NCBI GenBank assembly: GCA_964016885.1
Contig: OZ024762.1
Span: 6,324,001-6,388,000, forward strand
DNA: 64,000 nt
Direction of reading: 5' to 3'
Origin: Eledone cirrhosa
Taxonomy: Eukaryota
Shown: one piece after another, positions 26,901 through 40,800 of the stretch
Layout of the letters: each line of letters starts with the position of its first letter
Position numbering within the stretch: position 1 is the first letter of the stretch
Notes under the pieces: model-generated
What the model saw: only the letters and a program-made list of their open reading frames with translations
What the model was told of the DNA's origin: nothing
Database searches by the model: none
Made by a program: the position numbers and the translations under genes

Positions 26901-29900
26901 TCATAGAATATATGATAATAATTGTATTACTATTATGTGTAGTATTGGTAGAGAATCAGACACCATGCTTTGAAGCATAGTTACGGCCCTTTATGGTCCA
27001 AGTTCGAATCCCATCGAGGTTAACTTTGTCTTTCATCATCCTTACGGGGTCAATAAAATAAAGTACCAGTTATACACTGGGATAATTGCTGACCTTGTGC
27101 CAAAAGTAGAAACAATTATATTATTGTGTGTGTTTGTGTGTTCATATTTCTGTGTATTTCTGTTGTCCTATAATTTCTCTCTTTCAACATTGCAGGTTTT
27201 GTTAAGTCAAGTCCACAGAGTGAGAGCTCTAGAGCTTTTAGGCCGCTTCCTGGATCTGGGTCCTTGGGCAGTCAGCTTGGTAAGAATCTTCCTAGCACTT
27301 CATTCTTTCCTTGAGATTATATATATTTGAAATGGATATATTTCGCCTGTCGTTAGGCATGACACCATTCTGTATTACTTGATTTATGATATGGGTGGTT
27401 ATGGTGTGATCCACTATTCCAGATGCTTTCAGCATCTCTGCAACTATCCCTGATGGTCCAGCTGGTTTTCCTTGACTAAGGTTGGTCTCTCAGTTGAGTC
27501 CACTTAGGGCAGACCATCTTTGTCCTATGTGTTCCTCTCACCAGTCTTCCAAGCTACTTTCTTTTCCATGTCAGTTAGTTGCAAGTGCACTATTAGCATC
27601 TTGGAAACCTCCCAACATCATGATTTTTCCTGACACACTCTTTTGCAATCCTCAATACCTTGTGTCTTTATTCTTCACATTGTAAAACATGCATACATTT
27701 TATTATTTTCCACTTCCTTCCTTGCAAAGTATACTTTTTGCCTAGCTTCTTAATAATGCACCATGCTTTCCCCATTCCACCATTCTTTCCATGCCTGTTT
27801 CTTGGCCTTAATTGTCTCTTCCACCCTACTATTCACCACCAAGTTACTCTCACTCTCCAGCCACAAATCTCTTCTGTGGGCTTCAGCAGATTATCTTTCA
27901 GCAACTTCCACTATTCGTTTATATTGAAAATCTGTATTTTTTTCTTCCTTATTGCCTGAGGGTTCCTTCAACTTCCATGTCCTTCTCCTCCTCCAGGTTG
28001 CCCTCTGTCTCTGAGTTCGTCTATTCCTAACTTTAAAGTCACTAACTACTAGGTTATGTTGAGAGGAACACTCCTCACCAGTGAGAGTTTTATGTCCATT
28101 TTTCCACGCTAACGTTGTTCAGACGAGTTATCCTGTTGTGAGCAATGCCAGGTCAGGTGACCATGTCTTGCTCATACAGAACTGATTTTGGCTTTGTTCC
28201 TACAGCTGGATGACCTAACTGTAGAAACCAAGCCAACGTCATTTACAGTGAGTACTGGGTGCTTTTTGTCGTGACACCTACATGACCACTTTACAGCATG
28301 GGCTGGGTGCTTTTTGTTGTGATGCCTACATGACCACTTTACAGTGTAGGCTGTGTGCTTTTTATATATCATACTGTCTATATGCTTCAGCTTCGGCCTG
28401 TGGGATGTCTGGTCTTCTGTATTAATGCAAGAGGTCTCAGTCCTATGTCATACCCTTTGGGAGATGCAATTAGGCAAGGTCAGCTTTAATCACCTCGTCC
28501 CAAGTCTTCCTGGGCCTCCCCACTCCACGGTTTCCGTTGACTTTGAGGGCTCTGCCCCTTTTTATGCAATTGTCATCCTTCATATGCACCACATTTCCAT
28601 ACCAACATAATCTCCTCTTATGCCTAGTTTCTCTCTCGGTTTGTTTATGCTTTGCTATTCACGTATATTACTATTACACATCCATTGGAGCATGCAGGCT
28701 TAATTTCTTTCCAACCTGCGCTATTCATCTGCACACAGCGTTCTGGTCTCACAACCATGCAATATTGTTGTTTGTATGCACTCATCAAGACAAAAGTGCC
28801 CAGTCCCCACTGTAAAGATGGTTGGGTGTTAGGAAGGGCACCCAGCTGTAGAAACCAAACCAAAATCAGTTCCCGTCCCACCCTTGAAATGAAAATGAAA
28901 ATGAAATGAAATATAAATACGTGTATGTGTGTGTGTATATCCATATTACTTGCACCGTTTACCAGTGTTTTTTTAATTCTATTTCTTCATCAGGCATTGT
29001 CAGTTGGAATCTTTCCTTATGTGCTGAAGTTGTTACAGAGTTCTGCTCGTGACCTTCGACCTTTACTTGTATTTATATGGTCGAAAATTTTGGCTGTTGA
29101 TAGTGTAAGTATTACTGATTTTGTTGTTGGGATTGTGACTTAGGATTAGATAAGTGGGTTTAATTTTTTTTTTTTTTCTAAAGAAATGGTAGTGGCCTAG
29201 ATGTTAGACTCCTGATCGTATGGTTATTGGTTCAATTCCTGAACCAAGTAGCTGTTTGTATTCTTGAGCATGATGTTTCATTTTACATTGCTTTGCATGA
29301 TAGAACTGTGGCCAGTATCTTTAAAACACTTGAGAAGCCTTATATGAAATGCAACCTTGTCAGAGACCAGCTAATGGTGTGAAATGTAAATTTTATTTTT
29401 CAAAAGCCTGTGTCATTTTAACAATTGTGATACCAAGTCACTTGAAGTTGTCTCTGGTTGTATGTGTATGCAGTGTACCCCCAGCATTCGCGGTACCAGT
29501 TATTTGCGGAATTTTCTTTAGAACTTAACTAATAATTGTTCGTGGAAATCACCGCATATTTGCGGAATCCTAAATATCTTCCACATATTTTCAATGGCTT
29601 TTTTTCGTAGCAATATATATTTTTTTGTGCTTTTTGATGCTAAATTATTAATAACAACTAGCAGAAAAACTACCTTTCGGGTGGTTTTCTGCTAGTATGT
29701 GTAGTGTGCATATTGTTATTATATGCAAATATACCTGCATGTAGATATGATACATCAAATAAAATCGTAATTGACAATATGCACAGAAATTGAAGAGAGA
29801 CGGTGTTACACTGTCTTCTGTAATCAGTAAAGTAATCTATGATATATTTAAAAAAGATATTATATATAAACTGCATTACAGTGAAATGTTATGAAAACAG

Positions 29901-32900
29901 AAATTGAGATTAGTGATGGAAATATAATCGTTATGATATAACAATGGAAATATGTATGATATAACGAACGCTAACAGACCTTCAGTGAAATCTTAGAAAT
30001 AGATGTAAGTTCAAACAAAAAAACGTTATGATATAACAATGCAAATATATATGAACATTTTATATATAATGATATATAAGCGATGTGATATAACAATGAA
30101 AACATAGCGTACGGCAAAGTGTTATGATCTAATGCACACTAACCAGAAGTGTTGACATTTGAAAATTTTAAAAGAAATGAATCTTAAAATAAGCACTACA
30201 TTATATATTAGAATATTTGTTTAATCAAGAACTACGAAATTTAGTAGATAAATTACATAATATACATTCGTGATTTATTGAAAGTAATCCAACTTATTTT
30301 AATAATGTGTACAGAAAAAATAACCCTGACACAGTCTCGCAGTTCTCCAATCATTATATATGATACTCAAGCTAGCAAGGAAAATGATGATGATATATAT
30401 TCTCCAAATTGGCTGACTGAATACACACGTTTTTTCTCAAAAAATGTTTATTTCTATCCCTTTTTCACTCGCTTTCTATTTCATCTTTTATTTCTCATTC
30501 TATCTTATGAAGGACTAGTGCCCTATTATATCAAACGTTAAATTCAATTTTTAATTTGATGCAATGCCAATTTTGTACTTTTCAAGAATGCCTTGTTTAT
30601 TTGGTTTCATGTGGTACAGGATGTTATGGGTTAAAAGGGTTCATTATTGATTGTGTGAGTTTTGTTGGGATTTCTTTGTCTAATATTTCAAATATTTCTT
30701 TTCACTTGTAGTCTTGTCAAACAGAGTTGGTCAAAGATAATGGACATAACTACTTTCTCTCTGTCTTGAGTGACCAATGTATGTCTGTAAGTAGATTTCT
30801 CTCTCTCAATCACTCTCTTTGTTTCTGCCTGTCTCTTTGTTTCTCTCTATCTCTCTCGCTGTCTCTCTCACTCTCTCTCAGGTATACATCAAGGCTGAAG
30901 CTGCGATAGGCCAGATACCAATTAAATTATCATTTAAGACACAAAGCACTTAATGGTGTGGAAAGTTAATAAATCTCTTGGTGTGTTGTTTCCTTGAGCA
31001 AGACACTTTATTTCACATTGCTCCAGTTTACTCAGCTGTAGAAATGAGATGATAGGACTGGGGTCCCTATCATTCCACTACAAAGTGGTCGTGGAGGTGC
31101 CACGGCAAAAGAGCACCCAGCACTCACTGTAAATGAGGTTGGTGTTAGGTAGGGCATCCAGCTGTAGAAATCAAGCCAGAATCAGTTCCCGTCCCACCCT
31201 TGCAAGCAGGGAAAAGTGGACGTAAAATGATGATGATGATATATCTCTTTCTCTATCTGTTACCAACCCCATCTCCTCACAGAAACTTGTGTCATGTGAT
31301 GTTGAGTGACAAATGTTATAATTGCACCGTCTCCCTTCATTTCCAATCATCTCATTGGTTACAGGTTTCCCTATCGGCCACTTATTGGTTTCTGATGACA
31401 AGTGAGCAGGGAGTGTTTGTGTAACTCAGGTGTAACAAATATTCAAGGTCTCTGAGACTGGTGGGGAGCAACTGCAGAAGGTATCCCCAAACCAGAAACC
31501 TGCTCAGAATATTTGCAACATAATAGATTACACTAAAGTCACCCGAGGGCTCGTTTGTAGTGTTAAACCCCAGAACACATATCACTAGCGATTTCATCTG
31601 ACAATGACGCCAATTCGTTGTTCAGGGCAGATCCTTTATTTTATCAAACTCTGAAAGCAAGTATGACGCGGAATTAATTCATACTGAACATCAACTTCAG
31701 TTATCTCCCTTTGTTCCTCCACTAATTTGAGTGTGCGTGCAGGGGAATAGGAAGTATAAGCATTTTTTTATGGCCATTTTCTCTGCTACAGCAAGGGTTA
31801 GACTTGTGGGTCTTCATGACAGATGTTATACCCATCCTGGGTTCATTTTGAAGCTGTGTTTTACAGCTGGTTGCCCTTCCTAGCGCTAATCCCATTAGAC
31901 ATGCAGAGATATGGTGTAACAGTTCTAACACAGTTGGAGAAGCAACATTGTAGACAGGACTATACAACTAGATACATTTTGTAAATCTTAAATAAACTAT
32001 TTTTTTCTATTTTCTTTTTTTCTATTTTTCCTAGTCAGAACATCGGACAATGGCTGCTTTTATTTTAGCAACAATTGTTAATAACTATCCCCAAGGTCAG
32101 GTGAGTATTTCATAAAGATTATCTCTCCTGTTGTGAAGGTTTGTAGTTTATTGATAAGGGTGTGTTGGACTCACAATTGTAAGATTGGTTCCTGGACTAG
32201 CCGGCATATTGTGTCCTTCCGCAAGACACTTTATTTCACGTTGCCCTGGTCTACTTAACCAGGAAAACAGTTGTGATGATACTAGGGCTAAGCTCTATCC
32301 AATGAAAAGTAAAATTTTTTGGTCACGTGTCTCCTCTCCCTTTCACTGTGTCTTATGAGGTCCATATCTCCTCCCACTCTCACTTTGTGAAGTCTGTATC
32401 TCCTCCTCCTCCTCCCCTTTCACTGTGTCTCATGGTGTCCATATTTTCCTCCCACTCATTGTGTCCATATCTCCTCTTCCTCTCTCCTTCACTCTGTCTC
32501 ATGATGCCCATATCTCCTCCTTCCCCCTTTTTACTGTGCAGAGTCCCTGTTTCCTCTTCCGCTTCTCCTTCTTTTATTTCTTATTAATAAATACTGTTCT
32601 GTTCTGTTTTCAGAAAGCAACGTTTCAGGGCAATGTGATCTCCATCTGCCTTGAACAGCTTCATGACTCTAACCCACACTTCAGGCAGTGGTTAGCTCTG
32701 TGTCTTGGAAAGGTAAGTCCAATACTTTAACTCTTTCAGTAACCGACCTGTCCAAAACTGCCCTTTCTTCTACAATATGAAACTATTTTAAAGTGTTTAT
32801 AATTATCTAAAACATTACATCATGTTTTCAATAAGAACCTTTGTTAAGTTATGTTCCAAACACCAGCTAAATAATGAGAAAGTTAGTTATATTACTAAAT

Positions 32901-34789
32901 CCCTTCAAATTCTTGATTATTTTCAAAATGATTTGAAAATCCTAGGCAGTGTCTTTCATTAGAAATATAGTAACGAAAGGATTAAATTGTTTATCTATCT
33001 ATATATTACTAAAAGTCTGTGATTGCTTGTCTGTAATGTAATACAGCCAAAAGGGCGCATAATGGGAAAATAGTCTGAAAGGAAGTTGACCCTGAAATGG
33101 GAATACAAATGGAATAAAACAAGTTTTGCGTAAATTGGGGCACATGTTCCCGAGATATGGGGTTTTCTGGGTACCTTCATAAATAGAGAGAGAGAAGGAT
33201 AGAGAGGAAGAGATAGTGGTTGTGAGAAAGTAGATTGTGTGAGAAACATAGAGAGGGAAAGAGGAGACAAGGAAAATGGAAGAGAGAGAGAGAGAGCTGG
33301 TGGTGGTGTTGAATGAAATTGCAACCGGTGACTTCAAAGAAACGAATACAGCATTACTGAATCCTGATAAATAGAAACGGTTTCTAAGTGTGTGTGAATA
33401 TATATATATACATAAAAATATATATGTGTGTGTGTATATATATATATATATATACATAAAAAAAAAATATATATATATATATATATACATAAAAATATAT
33501 ATGTCAGGTCGCTCTCGAGTGCTACTGGTAACATGTAACCCAGTACAACCAGTCTCATGGTCGGGTCGCTGGCAACTAAACTGGCAACACCACCAAACTT
33601 GCTTGGTGAGGAGGGTGATATTTGGACACCCTGCAGGATGAAATCCCACTGAGGTTAACTTTGCCTTTCATCATTACAGGGTTGATAAAATAAAGTACCA
33701 GTAACACACTGGGATCGATTTAATTGACTTTCCTCTCCTCCAAAATTGTTGGCTTCGTGCCTAAATCAGAAACCTTTATGTATAAGAAACTTTTTTTTTT
33801 TTACTAAAAAACTTGACCTTTCTACATCTGTCTTTCTCCTTTACAGGTCTGGATGAACTATGAAGCAGCACGATGGTGTGGAGTCCGAGACCTTGCACAT
33901 GAAAAATTGAGCAGCCTGCTCACTGATTCTGTACCTGAGGCAAGCCTAACAATTCTTTCTTAAGTTTTTTCTTTTTCTTACTAATTTAATAATTTCTTTA
34001 AATATTATCATCATCAATTTTACATTCATGTCTCCCTGCCCCACCTCTGGAGTCCTCGACTGTATTTATACAGATCTGTATTTATAGTATATTTCAGCTG
34101 CTTTGTGTAGCCAAAATGCTTGAAACTGCCTCTTGTTCTACAGTGAAAAATTGCATATTTTAAAGTGTATAAACATTTTGAAATATGCAATTTATCTAAA
34201 ACTAAGTGAGAAATTAAGCATAAGAGGGATCAGATGCTGTTTAATTGAGAGGAGATTATGTTGGTATGGTCATGTGATGCCCATGAAAGACGGCAGCTGT
34301 GTAAAAAAGTGCAGGGCGATCAAAATTGATGGAAGTTACGGAGTAGGAAGACCCCAAAAGACTTGGGACGAGGTGATAAAAGCTGACCTTGCACCTCTCT
34401 AAGACAATGTCACTGGATCAAGATCTTTCGTGCTATGCAGTTATACAGAAGACCCGCCTTCCCTTGTGCACAGACTTAAACTTACAGCCTTTTAATCCAT
34501 TATACAATCCCTACACTGCCAACCCACTTCTGCTCACACTACCCTTACTCTGTAAAGTTATGCTGATATCAGAAAACATCCAGCCCACACTGTAAAGTGG
34601 TCATGTAGGAGACACGGCAAAAAGCACCCAGCACACAGTGTAAATGTAGTTACCGTCAGGAAGGGCACCCAGCCAGAAGCAGTCCTATATGAGCGAGTCA
34701 CGGTTATCCCACCCAACTTGCCTCTAATGGGACAAACCTGTCTAACCCATGCTAGCGTGGAAAATAGACATTAAACAATGGTGATGATG

Positions 34790-34820
<31 letters not shown>

Positions 34821-37800
34821 ATCATCATCACATGTCTATTTTATTTTTCAAGATTGCATAGGTTAGACAGATTGTCACGAAATGAGGCTAGACAGGTCAA
34901 GAGCCCACGTCTCGCTCATATAGATCTGTATTTTGGCTTAGCTTCTACAGCCAGATGCTCTTCCAAATGCCAAACACACACATATATAATATGATTTTAC
35001 AGATCGATATGATATTACAATGTTTAAGGACATAATACATTATCTCAAACCAGTCACTTACTAACTTGTTCAATAATATCAGGGATAATTTCTGCATTAG
35101 AACATACTCATTTAGATTTAGTAGTAATGTGACAATACCTAAAGTATACTAGGGCGATCAATAAATTTAACATTGAGACATTAAGATCTTGTTTCAATTC
35201 AGCCAAACTATTAACTGCAGTTTTGTAAAAAGTGCTAATTAAGTTAATTAGGATGTAATTTTAGACTGTTGGAATCTCACCAGTAAACACTGTAGAAAGA
35301 CCATTAAACATCCCAAAAGAGATTTGTTGGTTTGTGTGTGGTAGACAGTTGCTGCAATAAGACAATGGTCAGCTATGCTGTTAGGGAAAATGGCAGGAAA
35401 ATAATAAATTATAATTGTCTTCATCGACACATACAAACACACACAAACACACACACACACGCACACATATAGTCTGACGAGCAGATCAATACTGGAGTCG
35501 GGTCCATAACTCCTATGGGTTACCTTGAGCCAATCCTCTGCAAAACATGAGTAACAGGTCAATATGCAATAAATATTTTTTATATGTAAACGAAACTTCC
35601 TCGTTTTTTCTATTATATACACTCTGCTTGTGCATAGAGTGGTTGATTTGGTACCAATACCAGTAATTCGCTGTACTACCCACACTATATATGTATGTAT
35701 ATATATATGTGATTCAGTGAATTACTGGTGGTGGTACCAAACAGTTTATATTTTGTTGAATCACCAGTCTGATGAGTAAATTGATCCTGGAGTTGAGTCC
35801 ATAACTTCCATGGGTGACTTTGAGCCAATCATCTGTGAAATCATGTAAACAAAACTTCATTTTTCTTATATATATTTACACACGCACAAATAACATATTA
35901 ACAAATGGCCCTCCAAAGTAGAAGAGTTTACTCATTTATGATTTGACAATAAACAATATTTTTCATACATCGTGGGTTTCAAAAAAAGAAAATTTCAACA
36001 TAACAACCCCCAGTGCTACAACTTCTCTCTCTCTCTCTCTCTCATACCATCCCCTGTGTGATTAAATAAATTCCACCACCACCACTCAGTTCTATCGATC
36101 ACGCACTTACCTTTTACACCAGGTGTAATATATTGTTAGCATTTAAATACATTGCATTCTCATATTTTCACTCTTCAAATACTTTCAGGTTCGTGCCGCT
36201 GCTGTGTACGCGCTGGGAACTTACATCAGCTGTTGTTCTTCAGCACGTAGTGACCACGCCAGCAACATAGACTTAGGTATTGGGATGAATTTGACACATA
36301 TTATACATGATGGAAGTTCCCTTGTGCGAAAGGTATATATATATTTCATATTTGACTATATTTTCATCATCATTTTATGTTCACTTTTCGCTGTGTGTAG
36401 TGTACAGATCAAATTAGTACTTAATTGGTGTTACTCTCCTCCCAAATTGGTCCGGAACTCTGTCTCGCTTACACGCGTTTTGACTTGGTTCCTATGACTG
36501 AATGTCCCTACTCATGGCAACCACTTTACAAAAAGTAGAGTGTATTTTATCATGGTACCAGTATTAAGAAAGTTGTCATGTCCTTGACGTGACTGCTTAT
36601 TTTTTACGTGGTTTCTATAGCAGGATGTCCTTCATAATGTCAGTTATTTTACTAAGCTGTTTTATCAAGGTTCAAGCATCAGAGAGATTATCTTGTTGAC
36701 ATAACTGAAGAGCTGTCTCAACACTTTTGACAGGGTTTCTATAAGTGTTACTGTTACTATTCTTGCTGTTAGCTTCACTTTGCCAATTTGTTGCCTCTCA
36801 AAGAAGACTATCATTTACTGACTTACATCTCTTTACATTCTCTCTTCCAATTTTACTCTTATTGGTTTTTGTCTTTTATTCCTTTTGTCATGGTTTTTAT
36901 GTCAATAAAAATATTGTACCAGTAATATATATTCTGTAAAGTGGTAGTGCTAGTGCCATAACAAAAGAAAGGTGGTAGTACTGGTGCCATGGCAAAAGGT
37001 ACCCAGTCCAGCCTGTAAGCCCAAAACAAATCTGTATGAGCAAAACATGGTCACCTGATCCGGCTTGACTCAATGTGACGACCTGTCTAACCTATGCTAA
37101 CGTGGAACATAGATATTGAATGATGATCTGTGTTGTTGTTTTCTAATCTTGTGACCTCTTATGACCTCTACTGCTGTGATTTTGTGACCTTTACTACTAT
37201 GAGTCCTTGTGACCTCTACTACTGTGTGTCCTTGTGACCTCTACTGCTATGATCTTGTGACCTCTCCTGCTGTGATCTTGTGACCTCTCCTGCTGTGATC
37301 TTGTGACCTCTGCTGCTGTGATCTTGTGACCTCTACTGCTGTGACTCCTTGTGACCTCTACTCTCTGCGACTCCTTGTGACCTCTACTCTCTGTGACTCC
37401 TTGTGACCTCTGCTGCTGTGATCTTGTGACCTCTACTGCTGTGACTCCTTGTGACCTCTACTCTCTGTGACTCCTTGTGACCGCTACTCTCTGTGACTCC
37501 TTGTGACCGCTACTCTCTGTGACTCCTTATGACCTCTACTGCTGTGACCTTGTGACCTACTGTTGGACCTCTTTATAACCTCTGTTTCTAGGAACTTGCT
37601 GTTGCTCTGGGTGGTCTAGTCCAACAGTTTGAGTCCCCATTTGTTGCTGTAGCTTCTCAGATGATAGGAGAAGAACGACTGCGGGAGAAGAATGCTCCTA
37701 TGATAGCCGCTGTGACAGCTGGTGGGTGGAATGTTGTCGCACCAATATCTTCAGGTTTGTATATATTCATTCTCATTTACACACCCTTTTGAAACTAACC

Positions 37801-40800
37801 TCGGCTTAAAACCACTTCTAGTTCTATAAATCAAAACCACCAATTTAAAGGTTCTTATTTAACCATTTTAATGCTAACCCCTGCTCTGCCAAAGCCAACA
37901 CTGGTTCTATGAAACAAAACTACTCATTTTAAAAGGTTCCTATTTAACCCTTTTGGCACTAACCTCAACCAAAACCATCCATTTTAAAGGGTTCTTATTT
38001 AACCCTTTTGATACTACCCTGGCCAAAACTATCCCTGGTCTTATGAAACAAAACTACTCATTTTAAAGTGTTCCTATTTAACACTTTGTACGTTTAACAT
38101 TTTGTACATTTAAACCAGCTCAGATTCTATGAAACAAAATCACAAATTTTAAAGGGTTTCTAATTAAATTTAAAAGGACCTTTTAATTTACTATCTTAGT
38201 AATGAAATAATTTATAATTTTAGGAAAACCCTAAAAATTCTTCAATTAGTTAATTGAAACACAGTGTTTCTATTTAAATTAAAATTTTCCAATATAATTG
38301 TATATAAAAAAAACATTAATTTAGTGTTTTAATAAAGTAAATATTTTAGTAAATCCCTAAAAAATTTTCATTAACCCATTTGATATGAAACTCCTTGAAA
38401 CTGCTCTTGATTTGTGATACAAAGTCGTTAATTTTCAATTGTTTATCCTTGTATAATAAATAATTAGGAAAATAGCTGTGAAAATATTAAATGCATTTGA
38501 TGGCTTTCTTTCTGTGTTGCCACCAATGTGTCTTACACAGTATTTCAGACAGCTATCTGATATTCTCTAATTACTCTCTACTTCAGAGAGCTGTCTGGCA
38601 CTCTCTAATTACTCTCTACTTCAGAGAGCTATCTGACACTCTCTAATTACTCTCTACTTCAGACATCTATATGACACTCTCTAATTACTCTCTACTTCAG
38701 ACAGCTATCTGATACTTTCACTTTACTCTCTATTTCAGACAGCTATCTGACACTCTCACCTGACTATCTACTTCAGACAGCTATCTGATACTCTCACTTT
38801 ACTCTCTACTTCAGAGAGCTATCTGACAATCTCACCTGACTCTCTACTTCAGAGAGCTATCTGACACTCTCACCTTACTCTCTATTTCAGACGGCTATCT
38901 GACACTACCTATTGCTGGCATGAAACGTAGTGCCTCACGGGGCAGCCTCAAATCCACAACCAGTCGTAAGTATATATTTTCCTCTCCTATTTCTTAAATC
39001 TAAATGGTCATCATCATCATCATCATCTTCGTTTAACGGCCATTTTCCACGCTAGCATGGGTTAGACGGGGGTTGGTCGGGTGACTGTGTCTCGCTCATA
39101 TAGGACTATCTGGCAGGTTTTCTACGGCTGGATGCCCTTCTTAACACCAACCACATTTACAGCGTGGACTGGGAGCTTTTTACCGTGTTACCTACACGGC
39201 CACATTACAGCGTGGACTGTGTGTTTTTTTGTCTTGACACCTACACGGCCACATTACAGCGTGGACTGTGTGTTTTTTTGTCTTGACACCTACACGGCCA
39301 CATTACAGCGTGGACTGTGTGTTTTTTTGTCTTGACACCTACACGGCCACATTACAGCGTGGACAGTGTGTTTTTTTGTCATGACACCTACACGGCCACA
39401 TTACAGCGTGGACTGTGTGTTTTTTTGTCTTGACACCTACACGGCCACATTACAGCGTGGACTGTGTGTTTTTTGTCTTGACACCTACACGGCCACATTA
39501 CAGCGTGGACTGTGTGTTTTTTTGTCTTGACACCTACACGGCCACATTACAGCGTGGACTGTGTGTTTTTTTGTCTTGACACCTACACGGCCACATTACA
39601 GCGTGGACTGTGTGTTTTTTTGTCTTGACACCTACACGGCCACATTACAGCGTGGACTGTGTGTTTTTTTGTCTTGACACCTACACGGCCACATTACAGC
39701 GTGGACAGTGTGTTTTTTTGTCATGACACCTACACGGCCACATTACAGCGTGGACTGTGTGTTTTTTTGTCTTGACACCTACACGGCCACATTACAGCGT
39801 GGACTGTGTGTTTTTTTGTCTTGACACCTACACGGCCACATTACAGCGTGGACTGTGTGTTTTTTTGTCTTGACACCTACACGGCCACATTACAGCGTGG
39901 ACTGTGTGTTTTTTTGTCTTGACACCTACACGGCCACATTACAGCGTGGACAGTGTGTTTTTTTGTCATGACACCTACACGGCCACATTACAGCGTGGAC
40001 TGTGTGTTTTTTTGTCTTGACACCTACACAGCCACATTACAGCGTGGACTGTGTGTTTTTTTGTCTTGACACCTACACGGCCACATTACAGCGTGGACTG
40101 TGTGTTTTTTTGTCTTGACACCTACACGATCTCGATCTCATCTCATTTATTTGGACTGGATGTTGTGGTACCAACTTTGCAGAGAGAGGGTGGTCGTTAG
40201 ATGATAATGATGATGACTAGCTGGGAAAATGGTCATTAGATGATAATGATGATGACTAGCTGGGAAAATGGTCATTAGATGATGATGATGATGGCTAGCA
40301 GAGAATGTGGTCATTAGATGATGATGATGATGATGATGATAAATTTTGGGTTTTGTTTGTTTTGTTTGTTTTTGTAGGTCATGGTTTATCAAGCAGCAAC
40401 AGCATTTCAAATTTGGAGGGGTTAATCATGCCAGAGTCTAGTGCTGGGGCTGCTACTACTTCAGGTAGTGGCACTCTCTGTGTTGCTAATAGTGACCGCA
40501 TCAGGCGTACATCATCCAGCTCCAACCTGTCTACGTGCACATCTATGGTGAACAATGTCTACGTTAGTGTTTGGCGTACACTGCTGCTGCTCTCTTCAGA
40601 CCCACACCCCGATGTCATGGAAATAGCAAAGACTGTTATAAACGTCATCAAACTTAAGGTACGTCTTCATGTCTTCACGCAACTGTGTTACCTCGTGGTG
40701 GCGGTGGCGGTGGTGGCGGTGGTGGTAATGATGTTGTGGTGGTGGTGGTGGTGGTGGTGCTGGTGCATTGTGGTGGTGTTGTTGTGGAAGTGGTGATGGT

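Noticed and set aside
39191-40128. Regularly spaced repeats resembling a CRISPR array (also 25509-26265, 38541-38906)
   Set aside because: No unique spacers, no cas genes, eukaryotic intron context
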